A stretch of DNA of 64,000 nt from Armatimonadota bacterium (GCA_041690135.1 JAWLHY010000013.1:84921-148920); one strand, 5' to 3'. Positions 19,667 to 29,365 are shown, numbered from the stretch's first letter. Made by a program: numbers and translations. Notes: generated from the sequence alone by a model not told the origin.

Positions 19667-21120
19667 CCGGTGATCCCCCCATTCATAGTAGTTGCCAGAA
19701 GCGTCTCCTGTGAGTGTCTCTGGGTCGGGAGGCTCACCTGCACCCGGGTCCCACCTTCCGGATGCAAACCGATCTCCAACTGGCCGCCAACCGCAATAGC
19801 CCTTTCCCTCATTCCAACAATTCCCAGCCCCACTGATCCGGAGAGGGTTTCCTCACTGATTCCCCGGCCATCGTCGTGTATCTCCAGTGTGACGGTCTCC
19901 GAATCCGAAGCGAGACGCACGTCCACCCGCGTGGCGCGCGCGTGGCGCAGGATATTAGTGAGCGATTCCTGGAGGATTCGGAACAACGCGGTCTCTGCCT
20001 CCTTGTCCAATTCCAGGCGCGAACGCTCGGCGTTCAGCACGCAGTGGATCCCCGTCTGTCCGGTGAACGCCTCGGCCTGCCATTCGATGGCGGCGGCGAG
20101 CCCCAGCTCATCGAGCACGCTGGGCCGCAGATCCGCGGCGATGCGCCGGATACTCCGAACGCTGGCGTCCAAAGTTCGATTAAGCTGGGTGACGGTCTCC
20201 ACAGCCCGTTCGGGCACTTCCCCTTTCAGCCAGGCCAGGCCCATCTTGAGGAAGGAAAGGGACTGACCGAGCTCGTCGTGGATCTCCCGCGCGATGCGGG
20301 TCCGCTCCTCTTCCCGCACGGACTGGAGATGGACCGAAAGTTCTCGCAGTTTGCTTTCCGAAGCCCGCAACTGTTCTTCTGCCCTCCGCCGCTCCGTGAT
20401 GTCCCGGGTGATCAGGGCGTATCCGGTCAACTCACCACTTTCCCGTTCGAGCGGAGTGATGACGGAATTGGCCCAGAAGGGTTCGCCGTCCCGTTTGCGG
20501 TGCCAGGTTTCCCACTCGAACCGCCCGCCTTCCCTGGCCATCGCGAGCGCATTGTCCAGGCCGAGCCGTATCGCGTCATCCCACCGGAAGAATTGAAGGT
20601 AGGATCGCCCCAACACCTCCTCCGCGGTATAGCCCGTGATCCGTTCTGCTCCCGGCATCCAGTGCACCACGGCTCCCGTCCGGTCCAGGCTGGCAATTGC
20701 ATAATCCCGGATACCGTCGAGCAACCGGTGGAACCGGGCCTCGGTGCGGACCAATTCCCATCCGGCCTCCCTCGTTCGACACTGCTGTCGGTGTAGGGCC
20801 TCATTCAACACGCTGATAATGCCGCCGGCGCTGACGAAAATGCAGAGACTAACGGCTTCCTTGACACTGGGGAAATCGAAGGCCGTGGGTGGATCCACCA
20901 GGTAATAGTGGCCGGCGGTCGCCCCCAACACCGTGGCGAGCAGGCCAGGCCCGAGGCCGCCGTACCACGCGCTTACCATCACTGCAGGAGCGAAGGTGAT
21001 CAGCAGGGCGGAGTCACCCACCACCGGATCCACGAAGTGGCGCAGCAACAGGGACACCATGGGTAGGATGATGGCCAGACCGTAGCGTCGACGCCAGGGA
21101 CGAAAGGGTGGGGAGTGCAT
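19663..21120 (-). CDS. sensor histidine kinase (DUF4118-like TM, PAS, HisKA_3, HATPase)
   Basis: RIAREIHDELGQ, QESLTNILRH, DDGRG, GLGIVGMRER; 4-nt overlap with the regulator. Confidence 0.92.
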   Translation of the reverse strand: MHSPPFRPWRRRYGLAIILPMVSLLLRHFVDPVVGDSALLITFAPAVMVSAWYGGLGPGLLATVLGATAGHYYLVDPPTAFDFPSVKEAVSLCIFVSAGGIISVLNEALHRQQCRTREAGWELVRTEARFHRLLDGIRDYAIASLDRTGAVVHWMPGAERITGYTAEEVLGRSYLQFFRWDDAIRLGLDNALAMAREGGRFEWETWHRKRDGEPFWANSVITPLERESGELTGYALITRDITERRRAEEQLRASESKLRELSVHLQSVREEERTRIAREIHDELGQSLSFLKMGLAWLKGEVPERAVETVTQLNRTLDASVRSIRRIAADLRPSVLDELGLAAAIEWQAEAFTGQTGIHCVLNAERSRLELDKEAETALFRILQESLTNILRHARATRVDVRLASDSETVTLEIHDDGRGISEETLSGSVGLGIVGMRERAIAVGGQLEIGLHPEGGTRVQVSLPTQRHSQETLLATTMNGGITG

Positions 21121-21532
21121 GGTCTGTTGTGCGAGCGGGAAGTGTGAGTGGTGAGGTGCAAAGTGCGAGTTGCGGACTCCGCGCCCAACGTGCACCTCCG
21201 AGCTGGCGCGCATTGCCAGGGGACGCGAACGCCAGGTCCGGACACATCCCGCGAGTTGGGTAATGACTTGGACAAATGAAGGGATGCGGCAGCGGGCACT
21301 TCGCGAAAGCTCCGGCATCGGCGAAACGGGAATCGAGGCGCCGCCACACCATGAAAATCTACCCACGGTGGGCGTGTGTTAGGCATGGTTAGGGAATAAG
21401 TATCGCGCCTGTTTGGGGAGTGGGTGCCTGGCCCGAGAGCATGCTTGTAGGAGAAAACTGACAGGAGAGTTGGCGGGAGGACGACAGGAGAGCACCTACG
21501 CTCGTTGCATTCTCCTCGTGCGGAGGAGAAAC

Positions 21533-22936
21533 ATGCATCTACTGGATTTGCTTTGCTGCCCTTCTTGTGGGGGATCTCTGGGCTGGGAGCGGCGGTGCCC
21601 GGGGGATCACCAGGAAATCTACGGCGTCCTGCGCTGCGGCTGCCATGCCTATCCGGTCGTGGCGGGCATCCCCATTATGGTTCGCGATGCGGAAGAGTTG
21701 CTGGAGGCGCTGCGGGGAGACCGCTGCCGGGAGGCGCTCTTGAGAGCGCTCAATACGCGGCCGAAGTCGAACTTGCAAAAAATCGTCGAACGCTCGGTAC
21801 TCGGAAGGGTCCCCGTCGGGCAGCGATGGCTCCGCAGCCGCCTGGAGAAGCGCCGCTTTGCGCGAGCCCACCATCTGCGTGCGGTGGTGGAAGCAGGTGC
21901 GCCCTTCCGCGAGCTGTTCAATGCGGCCTATGCCTATCCGGGTAAACCCCAGGTTGCGGACTACTTCTACTACAAGTTCGGTCAGCCCCGTCACCTGGGC
22001 GCACTGGCCTGGACCCCCACCCTGGTGGAAGCCCCCGGCCCGGTCCTGGACTTCGCGTGCGGTCCAGGCCACCTGACCTGGACGCTTGCGAAGAACGGCG
22101 CGGCCGGCCGTGTTGTGGGGGCCGATCTCTACTTCAAATCCGTTTTCCTGGCATCGCGCCTTGCGGGGCCGGACGCGGCTTTCGTCTGCTGCAATGCCGA
22201 CAACGGGCTGCCTTTCCGCGACGGAGCCTTTGGAGCGATCATCGCAGCCGACGCCTTGCATGTGCTGCCGTATCCGGCACCCTGCCTGCGGGAACTCCAT
22301 CGCTCACTGAACGATGACGGCTTGCTGGTTGTTACATCCGTTCCGAACAGCCAGGCGCGAAATCCGGTCGCCCATTTGGGCCATCCGCCGGCACCGGCAA
22401 ATTGGAGCATCCTGTTGAAGGGTATGCAAACGCGTCTGCTATGCAGCCGGGAGATCGTCAACCGGTATCTGTGCGGCGAGGGCCCGAATACAACGGAGGC
22501 CGTCAGTGCCACGGAGTGTCTCGATCTTCCGATGTACACGGCGGTTGCATCGCGAGGGTCTCACTGGTTCCAGCCTTCCAGGCCGTTCGAGCGCTGGCCC
22601 CACGCTTGCGGGAACCTGGCCATCAACCCCCTCTATCGCCGGACTCAAGGAGGTGAGTACCGCTTGACAGTGCCTTCGCCGGACTACGATGCGGAGAATG
22701 CGCTGGCCTGGACCTACATGCCGGGCTCAGTGAAGCTGCCGCCGGAAGGCTTCACGGAAGGTGAGTTCGCCAGGCTGGTGGCGCAGTGGGTGCTGGTAGG
22801 TGTGCCGGACAATTATGGGGCGGAACCTTGCGCGGGCCTCTCCGTGGAGGGTGCGACGTATCCGGGACTTTCATCAGGGGTCTGCGGGGCACCAGGTCTT
22901 TCCGGGGCGGTCGCGCTTGGCACTCTCCGCAGCTAA
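21533..22936 (+). CDS. SAM-dependent methyltransferase with N-terminal Trm112-like Zn domain
   Basis: LCCPSC..LRCGC..YPVVAGIP; VLDFACGPG; LPFRDGAF. Confidence 0.8.
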   Translation: MHLLDLLCCPSCGGSLGWERRCPGDHQEIYGVLRCGCHAYPVVAGIPIMVRDAEELLEALRGDRCREALLRALNTRPKSNLQKIVERSVLGRVPVGQRWLRSRLEKRRFARAHHLRAVVEAGAPFRELFNAAYAYPGKPQVADYFYYKFGQPRHLGALAWTPTLVEAPGPVLDFACGPGHLTWTLAKNGAAGRVVGADLYFKSVFLASRLAGPDAAFVCCNADNGLPFRDGAFGAIIAADALHVLPYPAPCLRELHRSLNDDGLLVVTSVPNSQARNPVAHLGHPPAPANWSILLKGMQTRLLCSREIVNRYLCGEGPNTTEAVSATECLDLPMYTAVASRGSHWFQPSRPFERWPHACGNLAINPLYRRTQGGEYRLTVPSPDYDAENALAWTYMPGSVKLPPEGFTEGEFARLVAQWVLVGVPDNYGAEPCAGLSVEGATYPGLSSGVCGAPGLSGAVALGTLRS

Positions 22937-22980
22937 AAGCCGCTATCGGGAGTGGTGCCGGCGGCAAGAGTGTGGGGGGC

Positions 22981-23022
22981 AATTGCCGATTGAGAATTGC
23001 AAATTGCAGATTTCAAATTGTC
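22981..23022. repeat. 7-mer array of the ATTGCAA family
   Basis: aattgcc gattgag aattgca aattgca gatttca aattgtc; contains the stop of ORF 23013-24470. Confidence 0.85.
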
Positions 23023-24470
23023 GGTTGGCGGAGGCGAATCACGCCGCGGGTGTGGGCAATGTAGAGATCGTTACCCACCGGGAGCAGGGCGCGGGGCTCG
23101 AGATCGATTTGCCGCCAGAGGAGGTCCTGGGCGCCGGAAGACATGCGCACGGCAGTGAGGGTGGCGAAACCGCCCTCGACGGTCAGGGCGAGAAAGCGTG
23201 GTTCGCCGTCGGGCGCCGAAGCGAGCGCCCCGTCGACCCAGCGCCCCGGCGGTCGAAGAGCCTCGCAGAGGCGTTCGCCGGAGCGTGGATGGAAGGCGAT
23301 GAGGCGGTCCGCGGCGACCACCACCAGTTGCGAGTGGTCGAACACGCCCCGCAACGGTCCGGCCCCGACCGGCGCGCCAGGGCCGGCCGCTCCCTCTTCC
23401 GGGATCGCCAGTGTGAGATAGACCTGGCCCCGGCGCTCCCGGACTAAACGGGCGCCTCTTTCGAACGCCCAGGTCCAGAGGAAGCCGTCCTCCGGTGCCG
23501 CCACCACGTCGGCCTCGCCCGTTGCACAGCGGAGCCGCCACACGGCCCCGGTGGCAGCCGGCCAGTAGAGCATGTCGTCGCGGAGGGCCATGCGCCCCCC
23601 TTGGGCCAGCGCCGCTTCCGCGGGAAGGGCGACGGGCTGCGGTGGGGAGAGGTCGCCGGTCGCCTGGACACGCGCAATTCGCAACTCAGGGCTCCCCTCG
23701 CCGGAAGTCCCGCGGGACCAGCCGGCCCACCAGGCGGGGCCGGCGACCTGGGCCAGGGGGAGGCCCCCTTCCAGGGCATAGGTATCCCCCCGATGGCGGA
23801 GGCCGACCTGCACGAAACAGCGCTCCATCGCAAGGACGGCACACGCCCCTGCCACGGTTGCCCGTTCGATGAACGGTACTCCGGCTGCCGGTACTCCGGT
23901 GGACCCCAGCGGGCACTGCCAGGCGGCTCCGGCGTCGCCCGCGGGTGCGGCGAGGGGCCGGCCCGCCTCATCGACACGGACCCAACCCAGGACCGGATCG
24001 GGCGAGAGCAGGCTGTTGCCCGCCCATGCAAACAGGAGACCGTGCGCCACGAAGGCGGTGTGGAGGGGTTCCTCGCAGGGCCACTCTTCCGCAACCGGCG
24101 CACGGTACTCCGGGTGGGCGCGGTCCCAGATCGGTGGCCAACTCCAGACGACCGCCGTGCCGCGAGCATCCCAGCGACGCCCCGTGTGTTGGGGAAGCAC
24201 CGGCAGGGCGCGGGAGGCGCACTGGGGGTCGGGGCAGAGCCGAATGCCGGGGAGTAGCCAGCGCCCGCATCGCTCGCAGGCATACAGTAGAGCCTCGCAT
24301 GCCTCGCACCACGGCTGCTGCGTAGTGGTCTCATCCGTCATCGACGCCAGCCACCGGGGAGCGCCGCCGCAGGAAGGACAGGGAGGACGGACCTCCACGC
24401 CGCACTGGGTGCAGAAGAATGCTTCGGGGTGCAGCCGGACGCGACAGGCGGGACAGGTCTCAGGCGTCAA
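23013..24470 (-). CDS. multi-zinc-ribbon protein with beta-rich (propeller-like) C-terminus
   Basis: Six Cys pairs (CPAC, CTQC, CPSC, CEAC, CERC, CPDPQC); Trp-rich beta strands; TTGA overlap with upstream gene. Confidence 0.7.
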   Translation of the reverse strand: MTPETCPACRVRLHPEAFFCTQCGVEVRPPCPSCGGAPRWLASMTDETTTQQPWCEACEALLYACERCGRWLLPGIRLCPDPQCASRALPVLPQHTGRRWDARGTAVVWSWPPIWDRAHPEYRAPVAEEWPCEEPLHTAFVAHGLLFAWAGNSLLSPDPVLGWVRVDEAGRPLAAPAGDAGAAWQCPLGSTGVPAAGVPFIERATVAGACAVLAMERCFVQVGLRHRGDTYALEGGLPLAQVAGPAWWAGWSRGTSGEGSPELRIARVQATGDLSPPQPVALPAEAALAQGGRMALRDDMLYWPAATGAVWRLRCATGEADVVAAPEDGFLWTWAFERGARLVRERRGQVYLTLAIPEEGAAGPGAPVGAGPLRGVFDHSQLVVVAADRLIAFHPRSGERLCEALRPPGRWVDGALASAPDGEPRFLALTVEGGFATLTAVRMSSGAQDLLWRQIDLEPRALLPVGNDLYIAHTRGVIRLRQPTI

Positions 24471-25873
24471 TAGTTTTCTCCGGCCTCATAGCGGACCACG
24501 CGCGCCGGAACGAGCACTTCCGAACCCCGGCGCAGCCCCGGCGTCTCCAGGCGGGCCACCGTGCCCCATTCGTGCGGGTGTGCCGAGCGGCGTTCACCTG
24601 CAATCTCCATCGTCTCCGCGCAGAAGGGCGAGCCTACTCCCGGCTGGAGTACCTCTACCTGCAACACTTCTTCGAGCCAGTGGAGCAACTCCGGTCGGAT
24701 TTGCTGGAACAGTTCGCCCCATGCCGGCGGAAGGTCGGCTCTCCAGAGTCCCCCGCCTGCCCCCAGCAACGGGAGCAACGGCGCCAGGGCCAGGTTCAAC
24801 TCGTAAGCACTGGGAACACTTCCCCGTTCCACCTGGGCGCAGATCTTCGATAGCCCGCGGAGGACCTCTCCGGCAGTGCCGCCGTCTCCCTCCGGGGTCC
24901 GGCGACCGAGGAGGCGGAGCCAGTCCGGAAATGGATGAGGATTGGCCTGCGGCAGATTAGGACTGGCCTGCGGCCGATTAAGATGAAGATTAGGATTAGG
25001 ATAAGGACGTTCGGGGTCGGGGTGGGTAGCGGGGGTGGACTGCTGCGGAATGAGTGTGAGAGTAGGAGTAGGACTGGCGTGAGGCTGATCTGGATTCCGA
25101 TCGTGATCGTGATCACGATCACGATCACGAGTGGGATTGGTCGAGGGGGCGGAGGGCTGGAGGCTTTCCGGTTGGATGCTACCTGGCTGGCGGGTAACGA
25201 GGGCGGGGAGAAGGAGTTGCCCCTGCCAGCGGAAGCCCCGCCGGTGGCAGCGGACGATCTTTCCTGCCGGGACGCCGCTTACGGATTCCTCCCCCACGAT
25301 GGAGTGCGCTTCCGTGATCGGATCGCCGGGTTTGGGCCCGATCCACTCAATGCCCATCCGCCTCAGCGTGTTCAGGGCCTCGTACCGCGCCTCCCCCAGG
25401 GTGGTTTGGACCACTTCTTCCTCGGGACCGGAGGCCGTAATTTCGTCGTCCCTATCCAGCGCGGTCACGGCGTCGATGAAGACGGATGGGTAGCCGGTGA
25501 ACCAGCGCTCGAGTTCGCCTTCGTGCCGCAGCAGCCGGAGCAATTCCGCCGCCTCGCTCACGATCGGCTGATAGGGGCTGTCAGGGCCCAGGAGTCCCTG
25601 AAGGAACTGTAGGCGCGCCGCTAGGGGCGCCGACTGCCACACCTGCTCGAGAAGCGAGGAGCCGGGCGTAGAATTCGGGGCGGGCGAGGGCACGGCTCCT
25701 GTGTCGCTCCCGCGCGCGGAACGGACCTCTTCCCGAAGGGCACGTAACTCCTCCTCCAGCACACGGATCCGCGGCTCCGACGCGGAGGCGGACTCTAGAG
25801 CCGTCAACCGGCGCTGCAGCGCGGAGATCTCCCTGGCCCAGTCGTAGCCGGGGGTGTGCGATGAGTCGCTCAA
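24467..25873 (-). CDS. protein with N-terminal coiled coil and two GrpE-like domains
   Basis: LRRMGIEWI..PGDP..H.IV....GKIV..RRGF....LLPALV and LQVEVL.P..G.PF....M.....GTV....PGL....VLVPARV; TTG start overlaps the Hsp70-like stop. Confidence 0.7.
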   Translation of the reverse strand: MSDSSHTPGYDWAREISALQRRLTALESASASEPRIRVLEEELRALREEVRSARGSDTGAVPSPAPNSTPGSSLLEQVWQSAPLAARLQFLQGLLGPDSPYQPIVSEAAELLRLLRHEGELERWFTGYPSVFIDAVTALDRDDEITASGPEEEVVQTTLGEARYEALNTLRRMGIEWIGPKPGDPITEAHSIVGEESVSGVPAGKIVRCHRRGFRWQGQLLLPALVTRQPGSIQPESLQPSAPSTNPTRDRDRDHDHDRNPDQPHASPTPTLTLIPQQSTPATHPDPERPYPNPNLHLNRPQASPNLPQANPHPFPDWLRLLGRRTPEGDGGTAGEVLRGLSKICAQVERGSVPSAYELNLALAPLLPLLGAGGGLWRADLPPAWGELFQQIRPELLHWLEEVLQVEVLQPGVGSPFCAETMEIAGERRSAHPHEWGTVARLETPGLRRGSEVLVPARVVRYEAGENY

Positions 25874-28563
25874 TCCTCTCCCTCCACCAGGGCAAAGCGC
25901 CACTGATCGCGCCGGTCCGGGCCGACCTGGAGTTCCGCAACCTGACCCTTTTCACGGCTGGTTGTCAGGCGCAAAGTGGCCTCCTGAGGGACCGGGGTGT
26001 CATTCCGGTAAAAGGATCGGCAGACAATCACTGGTTCCGGCAGATCGCTCCCCTCGGCGACGAGATAGGCGTTGAGTTCTTCCCCCGGATCGACGATCTC
26101 CGTGAAGAACTTCGGGGAAGCCACGCCGACTGGAACGAGGGCAGCCCCTTCCGGAATGATTACCTCCTCTACGGTGCCGATCCGCAGCAACAACGTTACA
26201 GGCGAAGGCGCGTAGAGTTGCTCGTCGTACCACACGGCTCCCTCCACCACGGCGTTCAGTCGTTCCGCGATACGGGCGTCGCTCTGGGAATTGGGATCGT
26301 TCTCCTGTGGAGCCAGCGGGAAGGAGCGGGAAAAGTGCTGCCGCACGAACGGGTCGATGTTGGTGCCGCCCACGTAGAAGACGCGGCGGACTTCGGTGCT
26401 GCGGGGGCGCGTTGTGAAGGATGAAAGATGAGGGATGAAGGATGAATTGGAGCCGTCATTCACGGCTTCCGCCGGTGCTGAGGAGGGGGAATTATCCGAT
26501 GCTCCAGCAGTTGACGGCGAACTTGAACCGAGAGCCTCCCGGTCCTGCAATTCTGCTCCACTGGCTTTGCCTCCCAACTCTGGAGATCGCACGCCGGCCC
26601 CCTGATCCCTGGCCCCTGACCCCTGACCCCTGGCCTCTGACCCCTGGCCCCTAACCCCTGCCCCCCCATGGCGGTTGATGCGTTCGACCAGTTCCTCGGC
26701 CACGGGGCGGAGGGTGGGCGCGAGGATGTGTTCGTCGAAGTGGGCGTGGACCAGGTAAATGCCCTGCAGGTCGGGGCGATTGGGGAAGGGCAGCACCTCG
26801 CCCGCTTCCCGTGGCTGGCCGGGAGTCCGGTTCAGGTATTGGGTGCTCGCCCGCGCAAACCTCTCCTTCATCTGGCGGCAGATCAGGACAAAATCGCGCA
26901 TCTGGGCGGCCGCCAGGTTTCGGTCTGCCGGGGGGCGCCAGAGCGAGTCCGGTACCGGGCGTCCCCCTTCCCCTTCGAGCAGCGGCGCGGCATTGCGCAT
27001 CAGCGCATGGGTCAGGGCCCAGTCGAGGACATTGCCGCCGACCTGCCGGTCGCGGACGCCATAGTATTGGAGCGCCGTCATCACCGGGTTGTCCGGGGCG
27101 AGGTGGAGGGCGTAGCTTCCGGTAATATCGAGGGAAACCCGCCCCGCTTCGAGACGAACCCGGGCCAGCGCCACGTCGGTGGTGCCTCCACCGCTGTCCA
27201 CAATGGCCAGCGCCGTCCCATCCGGTAGGGCCAGCAGCTCATCGCGCCGGCGAGCCACGCCGATGGCCGCGGCCACGGGCTCGTGGATAAAAGTCACCTG
27301 TCGCTCGGCAATCCCACAGCTCCCCAGGGCGGAGAGCAGCGCTGCCTCGTACCGCTTTCCCTCCACATCCCCCTCGTTGGCGTCTAGAACCGGCCGGCAG
27401 AGGACGTAGCGGACGTCGAGATGGGCGCGGTTCACCGGGTGCTCCGGGTCGGCCGTGCGCAGGTACTCGTCCAGGCGGTGGATGATGCGCTCGAAGTACC
27501 GGCGGACCAGCTCGGCGTTGGTCCACTCCGTCCGGACCTGGGTGTACCGTTCGTCGCCCTCACGGAGATACGTCTTGAGGTTCATCACCGGAACCTCTTC
27601 CGCCGTCATCCGGCTGGCGGCGATGTAGTCGGCGGCGTCCGAGCCCCAGCGGAAGGTGCGATCGCTGCGATGCAGGACCATCTGCGTTGGAAAGCGGGCC
27701 GCCTGGCCGCGGTCGCCGATGGCGTCCACCGTACCGGCGGGCTTCGCGGGTACCAGGGTTCGGCGCCACCGCACCCGGATGCCGGTGTTTCGCGTGCCGA
27801 AATCGATCGCCACCACCAGGTCGCAACCTTTCTCCGGTCGCGAGCTGCGCATCCGGTAAATCGGTAGGCGCTCTGCTTCGGGTCCGGCGCGCCACACGGT
27901 GAGCGGACCCTCGGTTCGGCCGCCCACCGGCTCCATGGCGAGCTGGAGCGATCCACCCGGAGAGAGAAGCAGCGGGTTGGGACCGAGGGGCACACCCAAC
28001 GCAGTGACCTTGCAGTCGGCGGGCGTCTCGCTCTGGAAGGTCCGCTCTACCTCCGAGTCGTTCCATATCCGGACGAACTGGCGGCGCACTTCGGGAGGAA
28101 ACAGGACGGCGGGGCTGCCCACGACCCACCGCTCCGCCCGGACTTTGACCGTACCGGCCAGGCGGAGAGCCCTTTCCCGCCAACTCCGGCGCTCCCACCA
28201 CTGCTCTCGAAGCCCGTCGTCGCTGCGGACGCGCAGGAGCCCCAAAATCTCTTCACCGGCCAGGTGCCGGAATTCGAAGGCCTGAACCTGGCCGGGAGCG
28301 ACCCGTCGAAAGGGAGCCCCTTCCAGGCGGAGCCCACGCGCCGCCGTGGGGTCTACTTCCGCACGGACGGATGCTACTCCGATGTTCCTTGCGACGAGGT
28401 AGAAACCGTCGCCGTCCCGGACCCACACAGCTCCACTTCCCGGATTTCGGTCGGCAGAGAACGACCACTCGATTCGACCGGCCGGGCGGCCGCAGCGGGC
28501 ACAAAAGATATCGGCGGGGTCAAGGGCCAAACCGCATTCGGTACAGGCGGGGGATTCGGGCAT
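25870..28563 (-). CDS. atypical Hsp70/actin-fold ATPase with N-terminal zinc ribbon and beta-rich domains
   Basis: IDFGTRNT, EPVAAA, DSGGGTTD, VGGNVLD, YVGG, AVVEGA; CTEC..FCARC; no canonical substrate-binding domain. Confidence 0.85.
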   Translation of the reverse strand: MPESPACTECGLALDPADIFCARCGRPAGRIEWSFSADRNPGSGAVWVRDGDGFYLVARNIGVASVRAEVDPTAARGLRLEGAPFRRVAPGQVQAFEFRHLAGEEILGLLRVRSDDGLREQWWERRSWRERALRLAGTVKVRAERWVVGSPAVLFPPEVRRQFVRIWNDSEVERTFQSETPADCKVTALGVPLGPNPLLLSPGGSLQLAMEPVGGRTEGPLTVWRAGPEAERLPIYRMRSSRPEKGCDLVVAIDFGTRNTGIRVRWRRTLVPAKPAGTVDAIGDRGQAARFPTQMVLHRSDRTFRWGSDAADYIAASRMTAEEVPVMNLKTYLREGDERYTQVRTEWTNAELVRRYFERIIHRLDEYLRTADPEHPVNRAHLDVRYVLCRPVLDANEGDVEGKRYEAALLSALGSCGIAERQVTFIHEPVAAAIGVARRRDELLALPDGTALAIVDSGGGTTDVALARVRLEAGRVSLDITGSYALHLAPDNPVMTALQYYGVRDRQVGGNVLDWALTHALMRNAAPLLEGEGGRPVPDSLWRPPADRNLAAAQMRDFVLICRQMKERFARASTQYLNRTPGQPREAGEVLPFPNRPDLQGIYLVHAHFDEHILAPTLRPVAEELVERINRHGGAGVRGQGSEARGQGSGARDQGAGVRSPELGGKASGAELQDREALGSSSPSTAGASDNSPSSAPAEAVNDGSNSSFIPHLSSFTTRPRSTEVRRVFYVGGTNIDPFVRQHFSRSFPLAPQENDPNSQSDARIAERLNAVVEGAVWYDEQLYAPSPVTLLLRIGTVEEVIIPEGAALVPVGVASPKFFTEIVDPGEELNAYLVAEGSDLPEPVIVCRSFYRNDTPVPQEATLRLTTSREKGQVAELQVGPDRRDQWRFALVEGED

Positions 28564-28712
28564 CTAGCGACAGGTCCGGCCAGTGGGAGAATCGGTCTTG
28601 ATAGCAAGAATACCATATCGCGGTTGCCGGAGTGGGGCCAGTGGGCAGAAGGGGCCTTCGGCCGATTAGGATAAGGGAGGCGAGGCTTTTGAAGGATGAT
28701 GGCGGAAGGGGC

Positions 28713-28806
28713 GGCAGAAGGCAGGGGGAAGTGGGCAGTGGGCAGAAGGCAGTGGACAGTAAGCACTGGGCGGCAGGCAGTGGGAGTAGGAGTAAGAGTA
28801 AGATGG
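28713..28806. repeat. 7-mer array (GGCAGWR)x10 followed by 6-mers (GGAGTA)
   Basis: ggcagaa ggcaggg ggaagtg ggcagtg ggcagaa ggcagtg gacagta agcactg ggcggca ggcagtg. Confidence 0.85.
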
Positions 28807-28989
28807 GGTGGTGGCGCGGGAACTGGATGGAGGCGGAGTTCAGAATGCGGGATGCAGGGCTCCGGGTGTTCCACGATTCTGCAGAGCGACCTCATCCCAC
28901 AGCTTGCGTAGTAGCTCTTGGAGTTACGGTGACCGTGGTTTACGCACTTCCGCGTGCGTGAAAAGTGGCTGATACGGTGACCGGAGTGA

Positions 28990-29030
28990 CCTCACCCCCC
29001 GGCCCCCTCTCCGACGCAGAGAGGGGGAGT
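28990..29030. repeat. REP-like palindrome
   Basis: CCTCACCCCCCGGCCCCCTCTC-cgacgca-GAGAGGGGG. Confidence 0.55.
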
Positions 29031-29164
29031 CTGTACACAAGACTGGGTGGTTTTCAACTTTGCCAATGCTACGGCCCCACCGTCCAGCATTCGATCCAGA
29101 GAGTGACCGTTCCGCTTCCCTTGGTTATCGGCACCTCTCCGCGAACATCGGTGGGAGTGTGCGC

Positions 29165-29365
29165 TCAGGAAGACTCCGTCGCCCCTAGCTGGTTGGCGGC
29201 GGCCTGGTTTAGCGGCTGCTGCGTCGTGTACTGGTGATTGTGCTGTGGGCAGATGCACTCCTCGCCGTTGGAGCATGGCTCACAACAATACTCGTACCCT
29301 CGCACCTCCACGCCGGGCCAGTCAAACTCCATCATGCAGTTCTCACACATCTTCATCTCGGCCAT
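29165..29365 (-). CDS. small Cys-rich metallothionein-like protein
   Basis: 66 aa, CENC..YCCEPC..CIC..H.H; AAGGAG upstream. Confidence 0.65.
   Translation of the reverse strand: MAEMKMCENCMMEFDWPGVEVRGYEYCCEPCSNGEECICPQHNHQYTTQQPLNQAAANQLGATESS

Noticed and set aside
25870-28563. Calling this gene dnaK and its neighbour grpE
   Set aside because: Domain architecture is non-canonical, with no substrate-binding domain and no dnaJ/hrcA context.
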